DNA of 64,000 nucleotides from Pedosphaera sp. (GTDB lineage: Bacteria > Verrucomicrobiota > Verrucomicrobiia > Limisphaerales > SXQI01). Numbering within the stretch: position 1 is the first letter of the stretch; the number at the start of each line of letters is the position of its first letter. Shown one piece after another: positions 19,665 to 30,449 of the stretch. The position numbers and the translations under genes were made by a program. Location of the stretch: contig JANYDC010000027.1 in NCBI GenBank assembly GCA_025359965.1, forward strand, positions 15 through 64,014. Direction: 5' to 3'. Below the pieces are notes generated by a model. It made no database searches and had not been told where the DNA came from. It saw only the letters and a list, made by a program, of their open reading frames with translations.

Positions 19665-20759
19665 ATGAATCTGGCCAGCCCATGGGCCAGAAAAACCGCC
19701 CTGGCTTTGGCTGACTTAGGGCAGGAAGTGCACGTGATCGATTTTTCCACAGCCCGACAGGGACGTGGAACAATCAAGAAGGAGGACGAGTTTCAAGTTG
19801 AGGCGGTTCAGGCATTTAGGAACAAGATGGCGGGGGTTCACCTGCTCGAAACGCGGTTCTCCTCCAGCCTTCGTTATTTTACTGCGCTTCCAGCATTCAA
19901 AAAAATCCTTGAGAAGGTCCGCCCTGATGTCCTTCTCACATTATATGCTGGAGGTTTTGCCAATCTTGCCTTGTTAAGCGGTTTCAGGCCATACGTCGTC
20001 TACGTGGTAGGCAGTGATGTGTTACTTTCAAAAGGCATTTCGCGTCAGCTAGGCAGCTCGGCCCTGACCCATGCATCACTGGTGTTGGCTAATGGCGGGT
20101 TCCTAGCCCAAAAAACCCGCGAAATGAGTTCGGCGGCCAAAGTGAAATGCCTGCTTCTGGGCGTTGACACCGAAAGCTTTACCCCGCCTGCCCGTCCACC
20201 CGGACCTAAAGTGGTCTTCTTTAACAATCGCGGTTTCTCCCCGATCTACAATAACGAATACATCATCGAGGCACTGTCACTGCTTAAGCCGCCACTGCCC
20301 GAGTTCCACTTCCATTTCGCCTCGCTCGGCCCCGGCTTGGAATCCACCAAACAACTGGCGGCACGAATCCTTTCACCTGCGATGCTTGCGAACATCACTT
20401 TTTGGGGTGGCGTGAATCAGGCTAAGATGTTGGAACTCCTGCGCCAATCACACTATTTTGTGAGCGTAAGTCGATCGGACGGCACTGCCACTTCCCTTCT
20501 GGAAGCCATGTCGTGTGGGCTCTACCCCATACTCTCAGATATCCCCCAGAATCGTGAATGGGTGGATTCCGCCGATAGCAACGGGATACTGGCCCCTCTT
20601 GATCAACCCAAAGACTTCGCGGACGTTCTCACGCATGCTCTATTGCACCCCGAGGAGGCGGCACAAAAGTCTCCCATTAATCGACGCCTAATTCAATCTC
20701 GCGCGGACTCGCACAAATCGATGCAATCGCTGGGAAGCATGCTTTCATCAGCAGTTTAG
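19665..20759 (+). CDS. Glycosyltransferase (GT4-like)
   Basis: C-terminal SDGTATSLLEAMSCGLYPILSDIPQNREWV matches the GT-B E-x7-E region. Confidence 0.7.
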   Translation: MNLASPWARKTALALADLGQEVHVIDFSTARQGRGTIKKEDEFQVEAVQAFRNKMAGVHLLETRFSSSLRYFTALPAFKKILEKVRPDVLLTLYAGGFANLALLSGFRPYVVYVVGSDVLLSKGISRQLGSSALTHASLVLANGGFLAQKTREMSSAAKVKCLLLGVDTESFTPPARPPGPKVVFFNNRGFSPIYNNEYIIEALSLLKPPLPEFHFHFASLGPGLESTKQLAARILSPAMLANITFWGGVNQAKMLELLRQSHYFVSVSRSDGTATSLLEAMSCGLYPILSDIPQNREWVDSADSNGILAPLDQPKDFADVLTHALLHPEEAAQKSPINRRLIQSRADSHKSMQSLGSMLSSAV

Positions 20760-20852
20760 AGAAAGGGGGTTGGGCATTTTCGATCCATTTCAGGTATTTT
20801 GAAAATAATTGAAACCACGCGGCGCATTCAGGTGTCTTAACGATAGCCAAAC

Positions 20853-22178
20853 ATGACCACAGCCAAAAAGAAGAGTCGGGGAAAGTTAATCTGGATCATT
20901 CTCGTCATCCTTGTTGTTGCGGGCGCAGGCACCGCGTATGGCTTGAGGAAGAGGGAAAAGCCCATTACCGTTCAGACCGAAAAAGTGGGCCGACGCAACA
21001 TCACGGAAGTGGTGGTTGCCAATGGAAAAATTCAGCCGGTTCTCCAAGTGACGATTAATCCGGAGGTGAGCGGTGAAATCATCGAACTTCCGGTTAAAGA
21101 GGGCCAGACCGTCAAAAAAGGCGATCTTTTGGTGAAACTCAAACCTGATAACTATCAGGCCAGCCGCAACTCGGCCGATGCCAACTACAAATCGAGTCTG
21201 GCCAACGTGAATCTTGCTCAGGCCAACCTCGACAAAGCTGTGCTTGAATTCAAGCGGTACGAGCGTCTGTACGGCGACAAATTGGTCTCAGATTCGGACT
21301 ATTTGTCAGCCAAAACCAGCTGGGACGTTCAAAAAGCGACCTACGAAACCTCCACACACGGAGCCGCGCAGGCGAAGGCCGCGCTGGCGAAGGCAGAGGA
21401 TGAACTAGCCAAAACCATCATTTACTCGCCGATGGATGGAACCATCACCAAATTGCGGTCTCAAATGGGTGAGCGAGTGGTCGGCACGGCCATGATGGCA
21501 GGCACGGAAGTTATGAATATCGCCAATCTGGAGGTAATCGAAGCTCGTGTGGACATCGGCGAGGTTGATATTCCCCTGATCGCCACCGGTCAAGTGGTAC
21601 GGATCGAGATTGAGGCCTATCGCAACAAAAAATTTGGCGGCATCGTTACCGATATTGCCAACGCTTCCAAAAACAATCCCACCGGTAATTCTGCGGCTGC
21701 AAATAGCACTTCAAGCGGTGGCACTGCTGAGGCGACAAAGTTTGAAGTCCGCATCAGGGTGAAGGATCAGGGGATTTTCCGCCCCGGCATGTCAGTCACG
21801 GCTGAAATCGAGTCCCGCTCCCGCACTAACGTGCTGGCCGTCCCCCTACAAAGCGTCACCACTCGAATGGCCAAAAAGCCGGACGCAGGAAAAATGGATG
21901 AGCAGCCGAAGTCGGATGAAAACAAACCCAAAGCATTTACCAAGGTTGACAATAAACCGGCCGAGGTGGTTTTTAAGATGGACGGTGACAAAGTGAAACT
22001 CACCCCGGTCAAAACAGGCATCAGCGACGATGGTTATGTGGAACTAACCGAGGGTCTGAATGAAGGGGAAGTCATCGTTTCAGGAGGATACAAAGCGGTG
22101 AGTCGAGAGCTGGAGGATGGTAAAGCCGTGAAGATTGAGGCCAAGGAAGACAAAAAGCCTTCAACGCCGGGAACCTGA
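20853..22178 (+). CDS. Efflux adaptor (HlyD/MacA family membrane fusion protein)
   Basis: N-terminal TM, lipoyl/beta-barrel motifs ([23 protein letters not shown]), coiled-coil segment. Confidence 0.85.
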   Translation: MTTAKKKSRGKLIWIILVILVVAGAGTAYGLRKREKPITVQTEKVGRRNITEVVVANGKIQPVLQVTINPEVSGEIIELPVKEGQTVKKGDLLVKLKPDNYQASRNSADANYKSSLANVNLAQANLDKAVLEFKRYERLYGDKLVSDSDYLSAKTSWDVQKATYETSTHGAAQAKAALAKAEDELAKTIIYSPMDGTITKLRSQMGERVVGTAMMAGTEVMNIANLEVIEARVDIGEVDIPLIATGQVVRIEIEAYRNKKFGGIVTDIANASKNNPTGNSAAANSTSSGGTAEATKFEVRIRVKDQGIFRPGMSVTAEIESRSRTNVLAVPLQSVTTRMAKKPDAGKMDEQPKSDENKPKAFTKVDNKPAEVVFKMDGDKVKLTPVKTGISDDGYVELTEGLNEGEVIVSGGYKAVSRELEDGKAVKIEAKEDKKPSTPGT

Positions 22179-22185
22179 GTCCATC

Positions 22186-22893
22186 ATGCCCCTGCTTGAA
22201 CTAAAAAACATTGCCCGCCGCTATGTCATGGGCACCGAAACCATCCATGCCCTGCGGGATGTGTCGCTATGCATCGAGCGCGGCGAATACGTGGCTTTGA
22301 TGGGCCCATCAGGTTCAGGAAAATCCACGATGATGAATCTCCTCGGCTGTCTGGATACCCCCACGGCCGGCGATTTCCTTTTGAACGGCAACCATGTCAG
22401 GGAAATGGATGACAATGAGCTGGCGGAATTGAGAAATCGTGAAATAGGTTTCGTGTTCCAAAGTTTTCATCTTCTTCCGCGTTCTGACGCCCTGCACAAT
22501 GTGGAGCTTCCTCTCATTTATGCGGGTGCCGACTCCACGCAACGGCGTGAGCAGGCCCTCAAGGTTTTGGCCCAGGTCGGACTGGCAGAGCGGGTCCATC
22601 ACAAACCAAACGAAATGTCAGGCGGGCAACGACAAAGGGTCGCCATTGCCCGGGCCCTGGTCAACAATCCCTCCATTCTTCTTGCTGATGAGCCCACCGG
22701 GAATCTTGACTCCCGTACTGGGGAAGAAATCATGGCTCTGTTCGAAGCACTTTGGAAACAGGGTAATACGATTATTCTCGTGACGCATGAGGAGGACGTG
22801 GCCCGCCATGCCAAGCGCATCGTCCGCCTTCGCGATGGACTGGTTGCGAGCGATGAACCCAACCTCAACCCCATCATTCCTGCCCAAGCATGA
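22186..22893 (+). CDS. ABC transporter ATP-binding protein (MacB/LolD-like)
   Basis: Walker [10 protein letters not shown], signature [15 protein letters not shown], Walker [13 protein letters not shown]. Confidence 0.9.
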   Translation: MPLLELKNIARRYVMGTETIHALRDVSLCIERGEYVALMGPSGSGKSTMMNLLGCLDTPTAGDFLLNGNHVREMDDNELAELRNREIGFVFQSFHLLPRSDALHNVELPLIYAGADSTQRREQALKVLAQVGLAERVHHKPNEMSGGQRQRVAIARALVNNPSILLADEPTGNLDSRTGEEIMALFEALWKQGNTIILVTHEEDVARHAKRIVRLRDGLVASDEPNLNPIIPAQA

Positions 22894-24119
22894 GATTCTG
22901 GCAGGAAATCCGGGAAGGCCTAATCATCTCGTTTGCCTCTATTCGCGCCAATAAACTCCGCAGCGCCCTGACCACGCTTGGCATCATCATCGGCATTGTC
23001 ACCGTAACGCTCGTGGGCACCGCGATCAATGGCTTGAACAATGCCTTTAACAAGAGTATTTCCGCGCTCGGCAGCGACACTTTATATGTGCGCCGGGGAA
23101 GTTGGTTTATCGATTCTGATGCCGAATGGCAAAAAATGAGAAAACGTCCTCCTGTGACGCTGGATCAGGTCGAAAAAGTCAGCCGCCAAATGACGCTGGC
23201 CCGGGCTGTCGCCCCTTTTGCGATCACCCGCCAATCAGTATCCTACAAGAATAAGAACTCCTCCAGCATCGTGGTGATCGGGACCACGGAGGATTTCGTC
23301 AATATCGCCGGGAATAGCGTCGCCTCGGGGCGTTTTTTTACTTCTCTTGAGGCGGCGGGCGGGCGTCCGGTTTGTTCCATCGGCAACGAGGTTGCGACCA
23401 ATTTGTTCAAAGGAGAGGATCCAGTGGGCAAACGAATCCGGGTGGGCAACCAGACACTTGAAATCTTGGGAGTAATGACCAAGCAGGGAAGCTTTCTTGG
23501 CCAGTTCAGTCTGGACAACCAGATCATTATTCCGGTGCGCCAGTACATAAGCATGTTCCGGCGTGAGGAGGATTTTGAAATCCAAATCAGGGCCGTCTCA
23601 ACAGAGCAGGTGGAAGAGGCCAAAGAGGAGCTCCGCGGCATCATGCGACGCATCCGCCACGTTCCTCCTGGAGTTGAGGACAACTTCGCCATCAACCAGC
23701 AGGAGATGTTTATCAAGACTTTCAACCGAGTGGGCGGGACCATCGCCAGCGCAGGGCTTTTCATCACCGGGCTATCCCTGTTTGTCGGGGGCATCGGGAT
23801 CATGAATATCATGTTTGTCTCGGTTGCAGAACGCACCAAGGAAATTGGAATTCGCAAGGCCATTGGGGCGAAAAAGAGGACCATTCTGCTTCAGTTCCTC
23901 GCTGAGGCTGCCGGAATTTGCCTTTTTGGAGGAGTGCTCGGATTGATGATTGCCTTCCCCTTAACGCTTGTGATGAACCAATTCCTGCCTGCCACCATGA
24001 ACCTGACCATTGTGGGAATCGCCCTATTGGTTTCTGCAATAACCGGTGTCGTTTCAGGATTTCTTCCCGCGTGGAGGGCTGCCCGAATGAACCCGGTTGA
24101 TGCCCTTAGGAGCGAATAG
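22890..24119 (+). CDS. ABC transporter permease, FtsX/MacB family
   Basis: N-terminal TM, large periplasmic domain, C-terminal 3 TM with [27 protein letters not shown] motif. Confidence 0.9.
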   Translation: MRFWQEIREGLIISFASIRANKLRSALTTLGIIIGIVTVTLVGTAINGLNNAFNKSISALGSDTLYVRRGSWFIDSDAEWQKMRKRPPVTLDQVEKVSRQMTLARAVAPFAITRQSVSYKNKNSSSIVVIGTTEDFVNIAGNSVASGRFFTSLEAAGGRPVCSIGNEVATNLFKGEDPVGKRIRVGNQTLEILGVMTKQGSFLGQFSLDNQIIIPVRQYISMFRREEDFEIQIRAVSTEQVEEAKEELRGIMRRIRHVPPGVEDNFAINQQEMFIKTFNRVGGTIASAGLFITGLSLFVGGIGIMNIMFVSVAERTKEIGIRKAIGAKKRTILLQFLAEAAGICLFGGVLGLMIAFPLTLVMNQFLPATMNLTIVGIALLVSAITGVVSGFLPAWRAARMNPVDALRSE

Positions 24120-24122
24120 ATC

Positions 24123-25364
24123 ATGCGCACCGCAGAACTAAGGGAAGGTCTAAGGATGGCACTCAATGCAGTCGCTTCGCACAAGCTGCGTTCAATGCTG
24201 ACGATGTTGGGGGTGCTGGTGGGCGTTTTTTCAATTATCGTGGTCATGACTGCGGTGCGAGTGCTTCAGTCCAAAATTGAATCAGAGATGAGCGGTCTCG
24301 GTGCCAATACTTTTGCGGTTCAAAAATGGCCGGGATTTTATTTCGGCGGCCCCGACGGGTTTGAAAAATTCTGGCGGCGCAAAAACTTGACCCTTGCCGA
24401 TGCGGAGAAGTTGCGGGAGCGCGCAACCATGGCCCTAAACGTCGGGGTGGAGGATGAATTTTGGCAGGGCGAGGTCGGCTCGCGCTATCTCAAATCCACC
24501 CCAAACGTGACGCTGCGCGGGGCCAGCCCGGGGGCATTCCCGGCAAAAAACTGGATTGTTACAGAGGGGCGGCCGCTCATGGAGCAGGACATGAACAGTG
24601 CCCGTGACGTCGCTGTCCTTGGATATAATCTCGCAACAAACCTTTTTCCATTCGGCTCCGCTCTCGGCGAAAAGGTGAAGCTGGACGGGATCAATTACAC
24701 AGTGGTGGGCGTCCTCGAATCGAAGGGTGCGTCCATGGGTGGTGACCAGGAAAAATTCGCCATCGCACCCATCACCGCAGTTCAAAACCGCTACGGCCGC
24801 ATCTGGCGCAGCCTTACCATTCTGGTGCAGGCTCCCGATTCACTCTCGTATGAGGACACCATGGAGCAGGTTCGAGGTGTGATGCGCACCCTCCGTAAAG
24901 TGCCCGCAGGAAGGGATGACGACTTTGAGCTTTTTTCCAACGATTCATTGATCAGCCAGTTTCAGTCTTTCACCCTTAGCGTCAGGCTTGGAGTCGCTCT
25001 GATTAGCTCGATCGCCCTTGTTGCAGCCGGCATCGGCATTATGAACATTATGCTGGTTTCAGTCACTGAGCGAACCCGCGAGATCGGCATCCGACGCGCC
25101 ATCGGAGCCAAAAAACGAAACATCATGACCCAGTTTATTATGGAGGCGGTGGTGCTTTGTGAATTGGGCGGGATCGCCGGAGTTATCCTTGGAATCTTGG
25201 GAGGCAACTTCGCAGCCTATTATTTGGAGCTTCCGCCGGTAATCCCTGTGGATTGGACCATTTTCGGTTTGGCGATTTGTTCGGTGGTCGGCATCGTCTT
25301 TGGAACTTACCCAGCCTACAAAGCCGCCAATCTGGATCCCATCGAATCCCTCCGCTACGAGTAA
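24123..25364 (+). CDS. ABC transporter permease, FtsX/MacB family (second copy)
   Basis: Same architecture. [27 protein letters not shown]. Confidence 0.9.
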   Translation: MRTAELREGLRMALNAVASHKLRSMLTMLGVLVGVFSIIVVMTAVRVLQSKIESEMSGLGANTFAVQKWPGFYFGGPDGFEKFWRRKNLTLADAEKLRERATMALNVGVEDEFWQGEVGSRYLKSTPNVTLRGASPGAFPAKNWIVTEGRPLMEQDMNSARDVAVLGYNLATNLFPFGSALGEKVKLDGINYTVVGVLESKGASMGGDQEKFAIAPITAVQNRYGRIWRSLTILVQAPDSLSYEDTMEQVRGVMRTLRKVPAGRDDDFELFSNDSLISQFQSFTLSVRLGVALISSIALVAAGIGIMNIMLVSVTERTREIGIRRAIGAKKRNIMTQFIMEAVVLCELGGIAGVILGILGGNFAAYYLELPPVIPVDWTIFGLAICSVVGIVFGTYPAYKAANLDPIESLRYE

Positions 25365-25412
25365 ACGCACTTTCTGTTGGTCTTTGGCCGTTGCGGCGGG
25401 CAGAAAGAGGGG

Positions 25413-27647
25413 ATGACACAACCGGCCCAAAATCCAGTCCCAGAAAAGAAGCGAATGTCCGCTTTGAAAATCGCGCTTTTCTTCGTTGTAGTGGTGGGAA
25501 TCTGCTTTCCGGGCCCGCTTAGCTCAATTACCAGTTTTGTCTACCGCGATTTTGGTGTGATGGGGTGGCCCACGGCAGAGTTTGCGCGGGACGCTTTTTG
25601 GAAAGCAGAATTTCCTCTCTGGAATCCCTACAGCAACTGTGGTGTCCCCTTTCTCGCGCAATGGGGCACGATGGTGTTGTACCCCCCGTCACTCCTCTAT
25701 TACGTGATTCCCCTGCCTTGGGGGCTGAATCTTTTTGAACTGGTCCATTTGGTCTGGGCCGGCCTGGGCGGCTGGATGTTTTTCAGATCCCGGGCGCTGA
25801 GCGATGACGCTACGTTGGTGGGTTCGACGGCCTTCGTTTTCTGTGGCATCGGTCTGGCCACTTTGACATGGCCCAACTACGTGGCGGCATACAGTTGGGT
25901 GCCTTGGCTGGCCATGATGTTGCCTGCGGCGGCGGGGGGACATAAACCCATTCGCACCATTCTAGCCGCATCCATGCAGATGATGACGGGAGCCCCAGAA
26001 CTAATCATTTTGACATGGCTCTTCGTATGGGGATTAAGCCTGTCAACCTGCGAACCCTCTGCATGGGTTCGAAAAACAGTGCGTTTCACTGGGCTGGGAC
26101 TTGTGGTGCTGGGCGTGTGTGCCGTGCAGCTGTTGCCATTCATTGAACTGCTCAATCTCTCTCAACGCGTTGGTCAACCAGCCGCAGCCATTCGCTGGCA
26201 ACTTCCTCTGAATGGTTTGGGCAATTTGGTTGCGCCACTGTTGCATACCTTCAAAACGGCGGCCAATACCTATTTCACGGACGGACAATTCTTTCTGTCT
26301 TCCGTGTATGTTGGCCTGATCACGCTGCTGCTAGCCACATCCGCCAACCTTGGGAAAAGACGTGATCTCGCCGCAGCGTGGGGTGCTATCATCCTATTCG
26401 TTTGGCTGGCCCTTGGACCTGATGGATACCTTTATCAATGCCTCGTTCAGATTGTTCCGGGCATGGGCATAGCCCGATTCCCAGTGAAATTTCTGTTGAT
26501 GGTTCCCCTGCCCTTGGCACTGCTTGCCGCTGAGGGCTACGATGCACTTCGGGACTTGCCCGACCACGCGCGACGCATGCGGATCATGGTCAGAAATTTG
26601 ATGATCTCCGGCGTGCTGGTCGGTGTGACGCTGCTAGGAATGGCCAAACCGATGCCATATGAACAGCCTTCTGTGTTCCTTACCAACTCGGTCATTCGTC
26701 TCGTCCTCCTTGGATCGGCGGCAGCCACATTGTTAATCGTTGGTCCACGCCAAAAAAAGTGTGCCTGGATCGTGGCCGGTTTGATGGTGTTGGACGCACG
26801 TTTTCACCTCCCCAGACAAAACCCGGAAACAGCTACTTCTGCATTTCACGGACATATTGAACCCCCCAAGACGGCTGAAATACGACAGCCAGAACGCATT
26901 TTTATAACCCCTGAAGCAGAGGAGAGGTTCCTGAAAAGCAACCTGGCTGATTTAGGCAATATCCTGATTGGCCAACGTTTGGGCCAATGGTCCCATTTAA
27001 ATCTCGTTGAACGGACAGCCAAGGTCAACGGATCAGCTACCCTCCAACTTCAGTGGCAGAAAGAAGTTCAGAGTGAGATGTATCTCAGCAATCGCACTGA
27101 CAACACCGCCCTTCTGGATTTTCTCGCCGTGACCCATCAGACCTCTCCCACCAACGTCGTTGAATGGTTGGCTCGACCTCATCCTCGTCCGCTGATCACC
27201 GGCGATGCGAAATTGCGCTTAGCGACGCATTCCCAGATCAAAACCCAGATTTTTGCCACAACGTTCGATCCTTCCGAGACTGTCTGGCTGGAATCGGGAC
27301 TGCTAAGCGGCGCCGAGCCCTACACCAACCCGGTCACCATCAGCGGGGTTGAGTTCGAAGCTAACCGTATACGTATCAACATCGCTAACAGCGGTGCCGG
27401 AGTGGTTGTGATAGCACAATCCTACCACCCGGGCTGGGAGGTTTCGGTGGACGGAAAGACCGCGCCGCTGCTACGAGCAAATTTTGCGTTTCAAGCGGTG
27501 CCGGTGCCAGCTTATGCCAGCGTGATCACCCTGGAGTTCGGCGGTAGCTCATGGCGGTGGGGGGTGGGGATCAGTGCTTTGACCCTAGGCTGCGCTTTGC
27601 TTAAAGGATGGCGTGCCTGGATCATCAAAAAAGCGCACACCGATTAA
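25413..27647 (+). CDS. Large polytopic membrane protein, YfhO-like (glycosyltransferase-associated)
   Basis: About 745 aa, more than 10 N-terminal TM helices, soluble C-terminal domain. SD gaaagagggg precedes the ATG chosen. Confidence 0.55.
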   Translation: MTQPAQNPVPEKKRMSALKIALFFVVVVGICFPGPLSSITSFVYRDFGVMGWPTAEFARDAFWKAEFPLWNPYSNCGVPFLAQWGTMVLYPPSLLYYVIPLPWGLNLFELVHLVWAGLGGWMFFRSRALSDDATLVGSTAFVFCGIGLATLTWPNYVAAYSWVPWLAMMLPAAAGGHKPIRTILAASMQMMTGAPELIILTWLFVWGLSLSTCEPSAWVRKTVRFTGLGLVVLGVCAVQLLPFIELLNLSQRVGQPAAAIRWQLPLNGLGNLVAPLLHTFKTAANTYFTDGQFFLSSVYVGLITLLLATSANLGKRRDLAAAWGAIILFVWLALGPDGYLYQCLVQIVPGMGIARFPVKFLLMVPLPLALLAAEGYDALRDLPDHARRMRIMVRNLMISGVLVGVTLLGMAKPMPYEQPSVFLTNSVIRLVLLGSAAATLLIVGPRQKKCAWIVAGLMVLDARFHLPRQNPETATSAFHGHIEPPKTAEIRQPERIFITPEAEERFLKSNLADLGNILIGQRLGQWSHLNLVERTAKVNGSATLQLQWQKEVQSEMYLSNRTDNTALLDFLAVTHQTSPTNVVEWLARPHPRPLITGDAKLRLATHSQIKTQIFATTFDPSETVWLESGLLSGAEPYTNPVTISGVEFEANRIRINIANSGAGVVVIAQSYHPGWEVSVDGKTAPLLRANFAFQAVPVPAYASVITLEFGGSSWRWGVGISALTLGCALLKGWRAWIIKKAHTD

Positions 27648-27679
27648 GGCGTGCGCTTTGCGAAGAGTTTTCCGTTCGC

Positions 27680-28042
27680 TCAGAACGGGGCCAGAGTGTG
27701 TCCCTCCTGATTGCAGGAAGGCACCGACCCAATGGTGCCGAGGTCATAAACCCCGTTCCCTGGGCAGCTCGGCTTCTTTTTCATGTAAAGAGCGGGACCA
27801 AACAACTCGGCGTCGACTGGCACATCACCATCCTTCTTGCCGGTTTCAACACCCCAGATCTGCTTGGCGGATTCGATCTGCGAGAGATTCTCGATGCAGA
27901 TGTTTTTCCGCGCAGTAACACGGGTCTTGAAGAAATTGGGGAGGGCGATTGCCAGAATCGTTCCGATGATCGCGATCACAATCATGATCTCAATCAGTGT
28001 GAATCCGCAGGCTTTACCGGAGTGGACGTTTGATGTTTTCAT
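27680..28042 (-). CDS. Prepilin-type N-terminal cleavage/methylation domain protein (pilin/pseudopilin-like)
   Basis: KACGFTLIEIMIVIAIIG class III signal peptide. CIENLSQIESAKQIW motif common to the PVC pilin-like family. Confidence 0.85.
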   Translation of the reverse strand: MKTSNVHSGKACGFTLIEIMIVIAIIGTILAIALPNFFKTRVTARKNICIENLSQIESAKQIWGVETGKKDGDVPVDAELFGPALYMKKKPSCPGNGVYDLGTIGSVPSCNQEGHTLAPF

Positions 28043-28119
28043 CCTATACTCCTTTTTGCGGGAAAAGGCCCGGCCCTTTCAGGCCAAGCCTTTTGCGTCA
28101 GAATTCCGAGGAATACTGA

Positions 28120-28467
28120 TCAGATCGAGTGTAGGAGCGCCGCAGGAGCCGCGCAAGTGGGAAGGTTGTCGACCACATTTGGGGTGTAGGCGAAACCAGC
28201 GGGGCAGGTAGGCTGGCCACCTTTGACATAAGCATAGATCTCAGCGTCAACAGCAGCGGCGCCAGGTGCCAGCTTTTTCTCCAAAGCCCATTGTTCCTTC
28301 GCGCCATCGATCTGGCGGAGGTTATTGATGCAGGCGTTGCGCTGTGCAGTACCACGAGCCTTCACGAAGTTGGGGATCGCGATCGCAGCCAAGAGGCCGA
28401 TGATGGCGACAACGATCATGATTTCCACGAGGGTGAAGCCTGCTTTACGATTGGTCTTAATTTGCAT
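28120..28467 (-). CDS. Prepilin-type N-terminal cleavage/methylation domain protein
   Basis: RKAGFTLVEIMIVVAIIG. CINNLRQIDGAKEQW. Confidence 0.85.
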   Translation of the reverse strand: MQIKTNRKAGFTLVEIMIVVAIIGLLAAIAIPNFVKARGTAQRNACINNLRQIDGAKEQWALEKKLAPGAAAVDAEIYAYVKGGQPTCPAGFAYTPNVVDNLPTCAAPAALLHSI

Positions 28468-28688
28468 AACGGTTCTGTTCTTTCTGTCGTTTGCTCAGCG
28501 TGAACGAGACACAGGGCGGTTATATTTAGTATTTCGAGTCGTTCACAAATGGCCCCGTGTCGACTGTGCAAATGACACTGTAGCAGACGGTATGCCAGAT
28601 CATTTGATTCTCAAGTTCATTTTTTTGAGCCGGCATGGTTGATTTTGTCTCCATCTGCTGCTTCATACTGAGACACTCCAAAGCTGAT

Positions 28689-29045
28689 TTAGTTTCCCGA
28701 CAAAGTGTGGCCCTCGATAGTACAGGTGGCCGAAGTGCCTATGGCACCGAAGTCGTAAATGCCGCCAGCGGGGCAGTCGGGGCTTCGTTTCATGTAGAGC
28801 TGAGGTCCAATCAAATCGCTTGTTGAAGCAATATCCCCCGTGGTTTTGCTTTTTTCCATTCCCCAAATCTGTTTGGAAGCTTCTATCTCAGAAAGGTTTG
28901 TGATACAAATCTTCTTACGCGCTTCGTAGCGGGTCTTGTTGTAAGCAGGCACCGCAAGGGAGAGGATTACACCTAGGATTGCGATGACAATCATCAACTC
29001 CAACAAGGTGAAAGCTCTGGGATTTTTGACTGTACGGTTTTTCAC
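28689..29045 (-). CDS. Prepilin-like protein, variant with Ala at the -1 cleavage position
   Basis: NPRAFTLLELMIVIAILG. CITNLSEIEASKQIW. Paralog of the two preceding genes. Confidence 0.8.
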   Translation of the reverse strand: MKNRTVKNPRAFTLLELMIVIAILGVILSLAVPAYNKTRYEARKKICITNLSEIEASKQIWGMEKSKTTGDIASTSDLIGPQLYMKRSPDCPAGGIYDFGAIGTSATCTIEGHTLSGN

Positions 29046-29139
29046 TTATTCTCTGAGAAGCAAGAAAGAGGCCTGCGATCCAGGGTGGTATAAGGAGGAT
29101 TAACCCATCGAGCTACCCCTCAACACAAAGTATTATCCT

Positions 29140-30270
29140 TCAATGTTTTAAGCCAAGCACCAAGATCACCAAATCAATTACAAAAAGCACAACGATGGTG
29201 ATTTCCAAAATCAACATCATCCGGTTGTTCTGGTCGCCTGCCAGCAACTGATAAAGGTCGTTGAGGGTTCTAAGTTTCTCGTCGACATTTTTGCGCCATT
29301 CGGCCAAATGAAAACGTCCGGCCATGATGGAATAAATCCGCGCTAAGTGCCAGTCACCGAAGAACTTGGTGATGTTTGACATCTCGTCATTCATTCGAGC
29401 TAAATCAATGCGTAAATCGCGCAGGTCGGCGAGAACTTCCGTCTTACGCCGAAGCGCGCGGTTTCGTAAATCACGATAAGCACTCTGGAGTGCGTCATCG
29501 AGCAGTCGATCATAGGCTTCCAACTCGGCGAGCTGTAGATTCGCAAGTTCCATCACGTAAAGAACCTCTTCAAAATCACTTGGCGCATCGATGAGTAAAG
29601 CCGCGTCCCAGTCCATCACAACAATGTCATCCCCGTAATACGACAGCCAGTGCTGGGTCGATTCCTCCGCTTCCTGATCGGATAGTTCGGAACTATCATC
29701 CTCTTGAGTGAGGAGGCCAGCCACTTCCCGCCGGTGGTTCTTGAGCCAAGCCTCGGCATTAAGATTTTCTCCAGTGCTGCCCTGCAACGGGCCATTAAGG
29801 CAGAACACTGTAAATGCTTCTTCATCAATTATTTGAGCAATCGGCCTAACCAGATGGAGAACCAATTCATCACGAATATTTAGGGCCATCTGCCGCACTT
29901 CATCCTGCAAAGATCCATGGGCAAAATGAAAATCATGGTAGCCGACCAATTCAGAAATGGATTCCGTCTCAAATGGCAAGCGAACGGTAATGGTGATGGC
30001 ACCCACCGTGAGCAATTTCACCGTTGTTTCAACTCTCACTAATCCCGCAGGACCCATTCGTTCCGTAGGAGGCAACTTCACCATTCGCGGCCGGTAAAAA
30101 AACAGGTGGCGAGGACTCCGTTTGCTTTGGTCCAGAGCGTATTCGGCCATCGGTTGGCCCAGCAAAGTGCTGATGGCAGCTGTATCCTTGAGTTCGTAGG
30201 CCAGATCAAAGGCGAACATATAAGCCACATAACCACGATAGCGGCTGGGGTCAGAATTGTTCGCACTCAT
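29140..30270 (-). CDS. Hypothetical C-terminally membrane-anchored protein (possibly RMD1/DUF155-like)
   Basis: About 376 aa, acidic stretch QEDDSSELSDQEAEES, single C-terminal TM ILEITIVVLFVIDLVILVLGL. Family call is weak. Confidence 0.55.
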   Translation of the reverse strand: MSANNSDPSRYRGYVAYMFAFDLAYELKDTAAISTLLGQPMAEYALDQSKRSPRHLFFYRPRMVKLPPTERMGPAGLVRVETTVKLLTVGAITITVRLPFETESISELVGYHDFHFAHGSLQDEVRQMALNIRDELVLHLVRPIAQIIDEEAFTVFCLNGPLQGSTGENLNAEAWLKNHRREVAGLLTQEDDSSELSDQEAEESTQHWLSYYGDDIVVMDWDAALLIDAPSDFEEVLYVMELANLQLAELEAYDRLLDDALQSAYRDLRNRALRRKTEVLADLRDLRIDLARMNDEMSNITKFFGDWHLARIYSIMAGRFHLAEWRKNVDEKLRTLNDLYQLLAGDQNNRMMLILEITIVVLFVIDLVILVLGLKH

Positions 30271-30449
30271 GCTGCAAATATACCAGTGTCCCATAGTTCT
30301 GCCCAGAAATTCGACAATGCTAGATTTTGCCGGGTAAAAATTGCCGGAGTTCTACTGCCACATTTTGGACCAAGAATGGTTGAAACAAAGACAATCCAAT
30401 GCTCCGAATCCGCTCGACGCCAAGCTCCCACATGAAAAGATTCTCAGGC

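Noticed and set aside
27665-27690. Small hairpin ccgttcgctcagaacgg at the yfhO-like / pilin junction as a terminator
   Set aside because: Not followed by a T-tract on either strand, and it overlaps the pilin stop codon.
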